From Anaerolineae bacterium (GTDB lineage: Bacteria; Chloroflexota; Anaerolineae; Aggregatilineales; Phototrophicaceae), in the NCBI GenBank assembly GCA_033579375.1, contig JAVQVU010000007.1:63118-127117 (forward strand): a stretch of DNA of 64,000 nucleotides. Direction: 5' to 3'. The notes beneath the pieces were generated by a model. The model was not told the DNA's origin and ran no database searches. It was given only the letters and a program-made list of their open reading frames with translations. The position numbers and the translations under genes are program-made. Of this stretch, positions 9,780-17,631 are shown piece after piece; positions within the stretch are counted from its first letter, which is position 1; every line of letters starts with the position of its first letter.

Positions 9780-10973
9780 TTAACGATTTTTGTCCGACCT
9801 TTGCCTGGCGCGCCACTGACGCCATAGACGACCTGGTGAGAAACGTCGCCAAAGTTGGCGTAACCCGCGCTGCCAGCGCACCAGGCGCGCGCGCCAGCGC
9901 GCCAATGTGTATTCCAGGACGCGCCGCTGCTTGACCAGGGTCGGCGCTTGCTTTAGGCGAGCGGGGATACCCCAGCGCAGCACCAACGCTGCCCAAGCCA
10001 GGCCGCCGCCGAAGCCTACCATCACCAGGTGATCGCCCTCTTTCACGCGCCCCTGTTCGATGGCTTCACACAGGGCTATTGGGATAGAGGCTGCCGAGGT
10101 GTTGCCATACTTGTCGACGTTGCTCATGAAGCGCGACTCGTCCAGCCTGAGCTTCTTGGCAACGCTAGCGATAATGCGCTGGTTCGCCTGATGCGGCACG
10201 ATGAGACTCACGTCGTCTAGCGTCAGGCCAGCCTCTTCCACCGCTTGACGAATGCTTTCATCGACGACGCGCGTGGCAAATTTGAAGACTTCGCTGCCCG
10301 CCATGTACATGCGGTTGATCCTGTGGCCCTGTGCATCGCGCACGTTGTGCGTGGGGATCAACAGCACATCACAGCCTGCCCCATCAGAGCGCAAGACGCT
10401 AGATAGTACACCACCTTCGTCTTCGCCTGCGCTCAGGACGACAGCCCCTGCCCCATCGCCGAAAAGAATGCACGTCCCGCGATCTTGCCAATCTAGTACG
10501 CGGCTCATTGTCTCTGCGCCGATCACCAGCACATTTTGCGCGCTGCCGCTGCGAATGGCTTGCGTTGCCACGTCCAGGGCGTAGACGAAGCCGCTGCACG
10601 CTGCGCTCAGATCAAAAGCGCCTGCCCGCGTCGCCCCAAGCCAGTCTTGCACCAGGCTGGCAGTGCTGGGGAAGACGTGTTCAGGGGTAGAGGTCGCCAC
10701 GATGATGAGGTCAAGTTCGCTGGCCAGCATGTTGGCCACCTCCAGCGCTGCTAGCGCTGCTTTGTGGGCTAGCGTCGCCGTCGATTCGCTTTCGTTGGCA
10801 ATGCGCCGCTCACGAATCCCGGTACGATCGCGGATCCATTCGTCACTAGTCTCCACCAGCGCAGCCAGATCATCGTTGGTCATAACTCCAGACGGTACAG
10901 CCATGCCCCAACCGACGATATGGGCCGAGAGGCCCGTGCTGCGCCAAGCAGAGGGGCGTTTAGGCATAGCCAT
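9780..10973 (-). CDS. fabH: 3-oxoacyl-ACP synthase III with a 63-aa Arg/Trp-rich C-terminal extension
   Basis: Motifs DLSAACSGFVYAL (active Cys), VPHQANQRI and GNTSAASIP. The core ends at about ...AALVLRW (about 334 aa) and is followed by a basic tail. The gene overlaps the fabF stop by 14 nt. Confidence 0.9.
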   Translation of the reverse strand: MAMPKRPSAWRSTGLSAHIVGWGMAVPSGVMTNDDLAALVETSDEWIRDRTGIRERRIANESESTATLAHKAALAALEVANMLASELDLIIVATSTPEHVFPSTASLVQDWLGATRAGAFDLSAACSGFVYALDVATQAIRSGSAQNVLVIGAETMSRVLDWQDRGTCILFGDGAGAVVLSAGEDEGGVLSSVLRSDGAGCDVLLIPTHNVRDAQGHRINRMYMAGSEVFKFATRVVDESIRQAVEEAGLTLDDVSLIVPHQANQRIIASVAKKLRLDESRFMSNVDKYGNTSAASIPIALCEAIEQGRVKEGDHLVMVGFGGGLAWAALVLRWGIPARLKQAPTLVKQRRVLEYTLARWRARLVRWQRGLRQLWRRFSPGRLWRQWRARQRSDKNR

Positions 10974-12216
10974 CGTCCGTGTAGCGCCCTAGGATGATCG
11001 TCGCGTTGTGGCCGCCAAAGCCGAAGCCGTTGCTCATCACAACATCTACTCGGCGGGCAACGCCCACGTTCGGCGTATAATTCAAATCACAAGACGGATC
11101 AGGTGTGTCTAAGTTGATCGTGGGCGGGATGAAGTTGTCGCGGATGGCCATGATGCTGAAGATGGCTTCGATGGCGCCTGCCGCACCCAATAGATGACCC
11201 GTCATCGACTTGGTGGAGCTGATGGGAATGCTGTAAGCTACTTCGCCCAGAGCTAGCTTGATTGCTGTCGTCTCAGAGGTATCGTTGAGCGGCGTGCCTG
11301 TGCCGTGTGCGTTGATATAATCGAGGTCTTCAGGCTTCAATCTAGCTTCTTCAAGGGCCATCGTCATCGCGCGCGCTGCGCCTTCACCCGTCTCCATCGG
11401 AGCGGTAGGGTGGTAGGCATCGGAAGTGTGACCGTAGCCCAAGACCTCGGCGTAAATGCGCGCGCCGCGCGCCAGGGCATGTTCCAGGTCTTCCAGCACC
11501 AGCACCGCTGCGCCCTCGCCAGCCACGAAGCCATCGCGATCTGCGTCGAAGGGCCGCGAAGCTTTCTCTGGCTCATCGTTGCGCAGCGACAGGGCGCGCA
11601 TGTTGTTGAAGCCTGCCATGCAAATCGCCACGATAGCTGCTTCGGTCGCGCCAGCCAGCATGACCTTCGCTTGACCGCGCCGAATCACTTCCGCGGCTTC
11701 GCCAATGCAGTTGTTGCCGGTGGCGCAAGCGGTCGTCAGGCAGAAGTTAGGCCCGCGCAGGCCCAAATCCATCGACACGCGCCCGCTGCTGCTGTCGATG
11801 AGAATTTTGTTAATGGAGAAAGGGCTAATGGCCTTGTGGCCCTTGTCGATGAAAGTGCGCACCGCTTCATCCAACGACGCAATGCCGCCCACGCCACTAC
11901 CTATCACGCAGCCCACATCATCCCGATTGTGTGGTGTGATTGTCAGGCCGCTGTCCTCCAGCGCCTGGCGCGCCGCCACCATCGCAAACTGAGTTACGCG
12001 GTCGGTGCGGCGCGCTTCCCGATGCCCCAACAGAGCGTCAGCGTCGAAGCCCTTGACTTCTCCAGCAATTTTGTTAGCGATAATAGACGTGTCAATCATC
12101 GTGATTAGGCCAATGCCGCTTTTGCCCGCGCGGGCATTTTGCCAGGACTCTTCTGGGGTGTTGCCCAACGGCGACACAGCTCCCAGGCCTGTAATCACAA
12201 TCCGTCGTCTCTGCAT
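10960..12216 (-). CDS. fabF: 3-oxoacyl-ACP synthase II
   Basis: Motifs IVITGLGAVSPLG, TTACATGNNCIG (active Cys), HGTGTPLND, GHLLGAAG and GFGGHN. Confidence 0.93.
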   Translation of the reverse strand: MQRRRIVITGLGAVSPLGNTPEESWQNARAGKSGIGLITMIDTSIIANKIAGEVKGFDADALLGHREARRTDRVTQFAMVAARQALEDSGLTITPHNRDDVGCVIGSGVGGIASLDEAVRTFIDKGHKAISPFSINKILIDSSSGRVSMDLGLRGPNFCLTTACATGNNCIGEAAEVIRRGQAKVMLAGATEAAIVAICMAGFNNMRALSLRNDEPEKASRPFDADRDGFVAGEGAAVLVLEDLEHALARGARIYAEVLGYGHTSDAYHPTAPMETGEGAARAMTMALEEARLKPEDLDYINAHGTGTPLNDTSETTAIKLALGEVAYSIPISSTKSMTGHLLGAAGAIEAIFSIMAIRDNFIPPTINLDTPDPSCDLNYTPNVGVARRVDVVMSNGFGFGGHNATIILGRYTDDGYA

Positions 12217-12323
12217 GGTTTTTCTCCCTCATGGTGTTCGAGTCGTCTGCCAACGCACAGCTCGCCCCCGACGACTCACTCTTTCAGCTAAAACCCAGGC
12301 AAGCCCAGGATGTTGCCATCTTA

Positions 12324-12332
12324 TGCTATAAT
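12324..12332 (+). promoter_or_regulatory. putative extended -10 promoter (TGcTATAAT)
   Basis: TG at 12324-12325 and TATAAT at 12327-12332, in the 180-bp divergent region between fabF and the SDR gene. No good -35 element. Confidence 0.35.
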
Positions 12333-12396
12333 CGCTTCCGCGCAGTCCAAAGCGCAGCGCTCAACCTTCTTCTCGTCCTCTGCTCACCAGATTACG

Positions 12397-13356
12397 ATGA
12401 TCCTCATCACCGGCGCAAGCGGTTTTATCGGACGACACGTCGTGCAGGCCCTGATGGCCGAGGGCTTGCCTTGCCGCGTTTATCTGCCACCCTGGCGGCA
12501 GAGGCGGCTACCCTGGGATACTAATCACCCCAACGCACCAGCCATCGTCACAGGGACAATCCTGAATGAAGAAACCCTATTCCAAGCCACGAGTGGCGTT
12601 CACACCATCATCCATCTGGAAAATGCTTTGTGGTGGGGACGCCTGCGCGACTTAGAGCGCATTGAAGTCGCTGGCACGCGCCAGTTGTTGACAGCTGCGC
12701 GCTCGGCGCGCGTGGGCCGCATTGTCTACTTGAGCCAGCTAGGTGCTTCGCCCTCTTCAGCCTATGCGCTGCACCGTATCAAAGGCCAAGCCGAAGAGAT
12801 TGTGCGTGGCAGTGGTCTAGCCTATACGATCCTACGACCTGGTATTGTCTACGGTCTAAACGACGCCTTCATCAGTCACATTGCGATGATGTTCAGCATC
12901 AACCCTTTTCTGTTCGCCATGCCAGGCGAAGGCGAAGTGGTGCTGCACCCTCTCTACATTGATGACTTGGTGCGGGCCATCCTAATAAGCCTGGAGTCGC
13001 TAGACGTGGTAGATCGCACTATCGAATTCGGCGGTATGGAGACTATCAGCTTGTTCGACTTGCTGCAAACGATCATGCGCGTGACCAACATGCCGCGCCT
13101 GATCCTGCCTGTGCCGCCCTATCTGCTGCGCATCATCACTCGCTTATACAACCTGCTACTGCCTCGCACCCTGATGACGCCACAGTGGTTGGACATTCTA
13201 GCGACCAACCGTACCGCCAAGCTGTCCAACACCTACGACTATTTCGGCTTTCAGCCGCGTCGTTTAGAAGATACCCTGCTCACTTATCTTCCACGCCAGC
13301 GCCATTTTCTCAATCTGTTGCGCTATACTTTTCGCCGCCGTCCACGCGGCATTTGA
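12397..13356 (+). CDS. NAD(P)-binding extended-SDR / epimerase-like protein (NDUFA9/NmrA-like)
   Basis: The ATG at 12397 gives MILITGASGFIGRHVVQAL, a Rossmann GxxGxxG motif. The upstream part of track ORF 12310 looks like an extension. Confidence 0.7.
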   Translation: MILITGASGFIGRHVVQALMAEGLPCRVYLPPWRQRRLPWDTNHPNAPAIVTGTILNEETLFQATSGVHTIIHLENALWWGRLRDLERIEVAGTRQLLTAARSARVGRIVYLSQLGASPSSAYALHRIKGQAEEIVRGSGLAYTILRPGIVYGLNDAFISHIAMMFSINPFLFAMPGEGEVVLHPLYIDDLVRAILISLESLDVVDRTIEFGGMETISLFDLLQTIMRVTNMPRLILPVPPYLLRIITRLYNLLLPRTLMTPQWLDILATNRTAKLSNTYDYFGFQPRRLEDTLLTYLPRQRHFLNLLRYTFRRRPRGI

Positions 13357-13373
13357 GAGGACATGACCGACAT

Positions 13374-14219
13374 ATGGGCGAAATTCTCTACCGTACTCTG
13401 CGCTCTCCCGCTGAGATGGAGCAAGTCGTTGAATTGCAGAAGGGCTATTGGGGTGATGACGGCTTAGCGCTCGTCCCCTCTCACATGCTGCTGTCCATCG
13501 CCAACTACGGTGGCCAGGTTGTCGGCGCATACGACGGAGATGAGCTGGTCGGCGTCCTGATCGGCTTCCTGGGAGCAGATATCGACGCCGACGATGCTCA
13601 GAGCGCTGCTGCGCGCCTACTGGTCATGAGCAAGCGCATGATCGTCCTACCCCAGTACCGCAGCCAAAAGATCGGAGAACATCTCAAGTGGCTTCAGCGC
13701 GACTATGCCCTACGACATGGCGTCCAGCTCATCACCTGGACGTTTGATCCACTCCTGGCGCGCAACGCCTATCTCAACCTGCACAAGCTTGGTGCTGTTG
13801 GTCAGCGTTACCAGATCGACTACTTCGGGGCAAGCGCCTCTCATCCTACGCTCAGCGCGGATCGCCTAGTGGCCAACTGGTGGGTGCGTCATCCTCACGC
13901 CCAGCCCAACGCGCCGCGCCCCCTGCCCGACAACGCACAGTCTTTCAATCGTGTTCGGCCCTTCGGCGATTTCTCTGCACCAAGTGAGCTAGAAGGCCTG
14001 CAACGGCCCTGCTCTGCCTGGCTAGTCGAAATTCCTGCCGATTTTCCTGCTCTACAAAGCGTTGATCCCATGCTGGCGGCTGATTGGCGCGCCCATATTC
14101 GCCAAGCGTTCACCGCGCTGTTGGAAGCAGGCTATCTGGCCAGCGACTTCCTGCGCCGCGATAACCGCACCTTCTACGTGTTCACACCCGATGACGGCAC
14201 ATTCACACTGACCCCTTGA
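13374..14219 (+). CDS. GNAT-fold acyltransferase-like protein (COG3375-type, uncertain)
   Basis: The ATG at 13374 gives MGEILYRTL. It has an acyl-CoA-binding-like segment VLPQYRSQKIGEHL and the block TWTFDPLLARNAYLNLHKLGA. It sits directly upstream of the enolase-superfamily gene. Confidence 0.45.
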   Translation: MGEILYRTLRSPAEMEQVVELQKGYWGDDGLALVPSHMLLSIANYGGQVVGAYDGDELVGVLIGFLGADIDADDAQSAAARLLVMSKRMIVLPQYRSQKIGEHLKWLQRDYALRHGVQLITWTFDPLLARNAYLNLHKLGAVGQRYQIDYFGASASHPTLSADRLVANWWVRHPHAQPNAPRPLPDNAQSFNRVRPFGDFSAPSELEGLQRPCSAWLVEIPADFPALQSVDPMLAADWRAHIRQAFTALLEAGYLASDFLRRDNRTFYVFTPDDGTFTLTP

Positions 14220-14231
14220 AGGACAACCCCT

Positions 14232-15380
14232 ATGCAACCCATCACCATCCAGGCTGTTCACTTGCACCCTGTCGCTCTGCCGCTGGTCGAACCGCTGCGC
14301 ACCAGCTTCGGCGTCGAGCCGTTCAAATCTGCTATATTGTGCGAAGTCGTCACCAAAGAAGGCGTCATCGGCTGGGGCGAGTCCGCCGTTGCGCCCGCGC
14401 CTGGCTACGCCGGGGAGACGATGGCCACTGCCTATCATCTGCTCAAGCACTTCCTCGCTCCGTTGCTAATTAACAAGACGCTGTCCAGCCCCTACGATGC
14501 TCGCCCCATCTTGGCTTTCATCCGCGATAACAAGCACGCTCGCGCTGGCCTAGAGATGGCCGTTTGGGACGCTTTCGCCAAAGCCAACGGCTTGCGGTTA
14601 GCTGACCTATTCGCTCATTACCTGGGCCAGCCCTCCACCAACCGCGCTGTCGTCGGCGTGAGCATCGGTATTCAGCCCAGCGTTGAGGACACGCTCAAGA
14701 TCATCCGCAAGCGCCTAGACCAGGGCTACAAGCGTATCAAGCTCAAGATTGAGCCAGGCTGGGACATAGAGCTGGCGCGAGGCGTCCGCGCCGTGCTACC
14801 CGACACCATGCTTATGCTAGACGCCAACAGCGCCTACAGACTAGAAGATGCTGATCATCTGGCCCAATTGGACGCCTTCAACCTCATCATGATCGAACAG
14901 CCCCTAGCCCACGACGACATTTACGAACACAGCAAATTGCAACCGCGCCTCAAGACGCCCATTTGCCTGGATGAGAGCGTCAAATCAGCCAATGACCTGC
15001 GCTTGGCCCTGGAGCTGGGGGCAATCGGCGTCCTCAACCTGAAGCCAGCGCGCGTGGGTGGCTTCGCCGAGAGCCTAGACATGATGGCCATCTGCGCTGA
15101 ACGCGCCCTGCCGCTGTGGATCGGTGGCATGTTGGAGACGGGCATTGGACGCGCCGCCAACGTCGCCCTGGCTTCTTTGCCCCCTGTCACTCTGCCCTGC
15201 GACATCAGCGCCACCGATCGCTATTTCGCCCAAGACATCACCGAGCCGCCCTTCGTCCTGCAAGCCGACAGCACGCTCTCCGTCCCCGACGGCCTGGGAA
15301 TCGGCGTCGAAGTACAGCGTGAACGCCTAGAAGCCGCCGTCGCGCTCTGGCAGGCCGAAGCCGACTATCCACTGGGTTAG
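14232..15380 (+). CDS. enolase-superfamily o-succinylbenzoate synthase / N-acylamino acid racemase family
   Basis: Metal and catalytic blocks KLKIEPGWD, MLDANSAY, IEQPL, LDES and NLKPARVGG. The length (382 aa) is typical of the OSBS/NSAR subfamily. Confidence 0.8.
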   Translation: MQPITIQAVHLHPVALPLVEPLRTSFGVEPFKSAILCEVVTKEGVIGWGESAVAPAPGYAGETMATAYHLLKHFLAPLLINKTLSSPYDARPILAFIRDNKHARAGLEMAVWDAFAKANGLRLADLFAHYLGQPSTNRAVVGVSIGIQPSVEDTLKIIRKRLDQGYKRIKLKIEPGWDIELARGVRAVLPDTMLMLDANSAYRLEDADHLAQLDAFNLIMIEQPLAHDDIYEHSKLQPRLKTPICLDESVKSANDLRLALELGAIGVLNLKPARVGGFAESLDMMAICAERALPLWIGGMLETGIGRAANVALASLPPVTLPCDISATDRYFAQDITEPPFVLQADSTLSVPDGLGIGVEVQRERLEAAVALWQAEADYPLG

Positions 15381-15396
15381 CCTAGAGAGGTGCAAG

Positions 15397-16221
15397 ATGT
15401 TGTTTGAAGACGTTACCCTGGGTTTCATCGGCGCAGGCGTGATGGGATCAGCCATGATTCATGGCCTACTGGCCAAAGAACTGATTCGGCCAGAGAACAT
15501 CATTGCCTCTGATCCACACACTGAGAAGGCCGAAGAAATCGCCAACAAGTACGGCATTCGCGTCACCGAAGACAACTACGAAGCTGCTTCCCACGCCGAT
15601 ATTCTCGTCCTAGCCGTTAAGCCGCAAACGCTACACAAAGTCATGCAGCCTCTGCGCGGCAAAGTCGATCACTGCGCACTGATCGTGAGCATCGTCGCCA
15701 GCATTAAAATGCAGACCATTGTCAATGAACTGCTCAATAGCCGCGTGGTGCGCAGTATGCCCAACACGCCGGCCCAGATTGGCGAAGGCATGACCGTCTG
15801 GACAGCCACCCGCGAAGTCGCAGAGCGCCAGCACCGCCAGGCAGCTGCCTTGTTAGGCGGATTCGGCGAACAGCTCTACGTAGATGACGAACGCCTCTTG
15901 GACATGGCAACAGCCCTGAGCGGCTCTGGCCCGGCCTACGTCTTCCTGTTCATGGAGGCAATGATCGACGCTGGTGTACGCATGGGCTTCAGCCACCGTG
16001 ACGCCACTAAACTGGTGTTGCAGACGCTCAAGGGCTCAGCCGACTATGCCTTGAAGTCAGGTCAGCACCCAGCTATCTTGCGCAATCAGGTGACCAGTCC
16101 TGGCGGCACGACCGCTGCTGCACTCTACGAACTGGAGCGCACCCAGTTCCGCACCTCCATCGCCGAAGGTATTTGGGCAGCGTATCAGCGCAGCCTAGCT
16201 CTGGGGCGCGATCAGGACTGA
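15397..16221 (+). CDS. proC: pyrroline-5-carboxylate reductase
   Basis: Rossmann motif LGFIGAGVMGSAM, plus the ProC signature VTSPGGTTAAAL. Confidence 0.9.
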   Translation: MLFEDVTLGFIGAGVMGSAMIHGLLAKELIRPENIIASDPHTEKAEEIANKYGIRVTEDNYEAASHADILVLAVKPQTLHKVMQPLRGKVDHCALIVSIVASIKMQTIVNELLNSRVVRSMPNTPAQIGEGMTVWTATREVAERQHRQAAALLGGFGEQLYVDDERLLDMATALSGSGPAYVFLFMEAMIDAGVRMGFSHRDATKLVLQTLKGSADYALKSGQHPAILRNQVTSPGGTTAAALYELERTQFRTSIAEGIWAAYQRSLALGRDQD

Positions 16222-17594
16222 TCCTGGGGCGGCGTGGGCAGGTGAGGATTTAAGCCTGCCCGCTCTCGTTCCTCGCGATAGTCTTGAGGCGTGTCGATGT
16301 CGCACAAAATGCTGTCGTTGCTCACTTCCACATAGGCAATCGCAGCTTCGTTAGCGTTCATCACTTCGCGCGCGGATTGGCCCGTTTTCAAAGCCAGGAT
16401 GTCTTGCCAGTAACACCGATCCAGCAGATAGGGATGGCCACGCCGCCTTTGGTAGCTGGGCATGACGATGTCTCCCTGACCTTCGGCGTAGGCCTTCAAC
16501 ACCTTGTAAATCGTGCGCGGCTCCATGCGCGGCTGATCGCCCAAGACGATCAGCGCCGCCGCCATGCGCGGACTGAGCGCCTTCAGGCCCGTCTGCATAG
16601 AGACTAGCATTTCACCGTTCTTGTAAGCCTTGTTGATGACACAAGTCACGCCATAGGGCTTGAGTAGGCGCTTCACTGCGTCAGCTTGGTGGCCCAAGAC
16701 GACGACAATTTCTTCTAAGCGAGAGCGCACCAACTGTTCGACGATGTGTTCAATGATCGTCTTGCCGTCCTGCCAGGGCAGCAAAATTTTATGCTGACCC
16801 ATGCGCGACGATAGGCCAGCGGCCAGCACCACCGCCCCTATCGGCTTCTGCACTTCGTAGATCGGATCAGCGGCGCGCACTGAGCCGATGGCTACAGCGT
16901 CAATTCGCGAGGCTTTAAGCGTCAGCCTAGCGATGGTACGAGCGCGCTGACGGCTGTGCTGGCCAAGCGGTACTTGGTTCAAAAAAGTGATGATGCGGGC
17001 CTGCGATGGCGCACCGCGCCAGCCCAACTCCTCATCGCGCAGAATTTGCGCCACCCAGGGCGCTTGGATCGGCGTCTCTGGAAAGAAGCCGTACTTTTCG
17101 TGCATAGCCTGGGGATTGTAGACATACTGTTCATTGAGCGGCTTGTCCAGCACAGACAGGGCCGCCATCTGCACGACCAGCGTCGCTTCCGACGGGATCA
17201 TCGGCTCATGCGGCTTGAGAGCCTTAAATAGGCGTCCACGCGCCCCATCGGCCTCCACTAACAAAACATCGCTGTCTACGGCGTCCAGCAAGCGCCTAAT
17301 CCAGTCGCCGTCTCCGCCAAAGACCTTGTTCTGACGAATTGAGTCGTACAGGAAGACAAAACGATGGTCGCTGAGAGCCTGAGACATGATGATAGGGCTA
17401 GCGTCGTAGCGCATAGCAAAAGGCATCAGATCGAGCTGATCGACTCCAATGCGCGTCGTCGTCGTCGCCAACACGCGCCAGCCTTGCTCCATCAGCTCAT
17501 AGCCTAGGCCCACCAACGCCGAGGTCTTCCCCCCTGCCCCGATGAAGGCCACTACTTCGCCCTTGCTCAGCCCGAAGGCCCGCGCTAGCTTCAC
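16212..17594 (-). CDS. fusion of YqeC-like accessory protein (N-terminal) with MocA-like molybdenum cofactor cytidylyltransferase (C-terminal)
   Basis: GTG start. The N-terminus VVAFIGAGGKTSALVGL...VLATTTTR is YqeC-like. The C-terminal half GAVVLAAGLSSRMGQHKILLPW...LGDQP is a MobA/MocA NTP-transferase signature. Confidence 0.75.
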   Translation of the reverse strand: MKLARAFGLSKGEVVAFIGAGGKTSALVGLGYELMEQGWRVLATTTTRIGVDQLDLMPFAMRYDASPIIMSQALSDHRFVFLYDSIRQNKVFGGDGDWIRRLLDAVDSDVLLVEADGARGRLFKALKPHEPMIPSEATLVVQMAALSVLDKPLNEQYVYNPQAMHEKYGFFPETPIQAPWVAQILRDEELGWRGAPSQARIITFLNQVPLGQHSRQRARTIARLTLKASRIDAVAIGSVRAADPIYEVQKPIGAVVLAAGLSSRMGQHKILLPWQDGKTIIEHIVEQLVRSRLEEIVVVLGHQADAVKRLLKPYGVTCVINKAYKNGEMLVSMQTGLKALSPRMAAALIVLGDQPRMEPRTIYKVLKAYAEGQGDIVMPSYQRRRGHPYLLDRCYWQDILALKTGQSAREVMNANEAAIAYVEVSNDSILCDIDTPQDYREERERAGLNPHLPTPPQDQS

Positions 17595-17631
17595 GACTCA
17601 CGCTCCCCTGTCGGCGTCCCAAGCGCAGACA

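Noticed and set aside
12310-13373. Upstream extensions of the SDR gene (12310-12396) and the GNAT-like gene (13185-13373).
   Set aside because: Rossmann motif placement favours ATG 12397. The 13185 start would overlap the preceding gene by 170 nt in another frame, while ATG 13374 follows the upstream stop by 17 nt.
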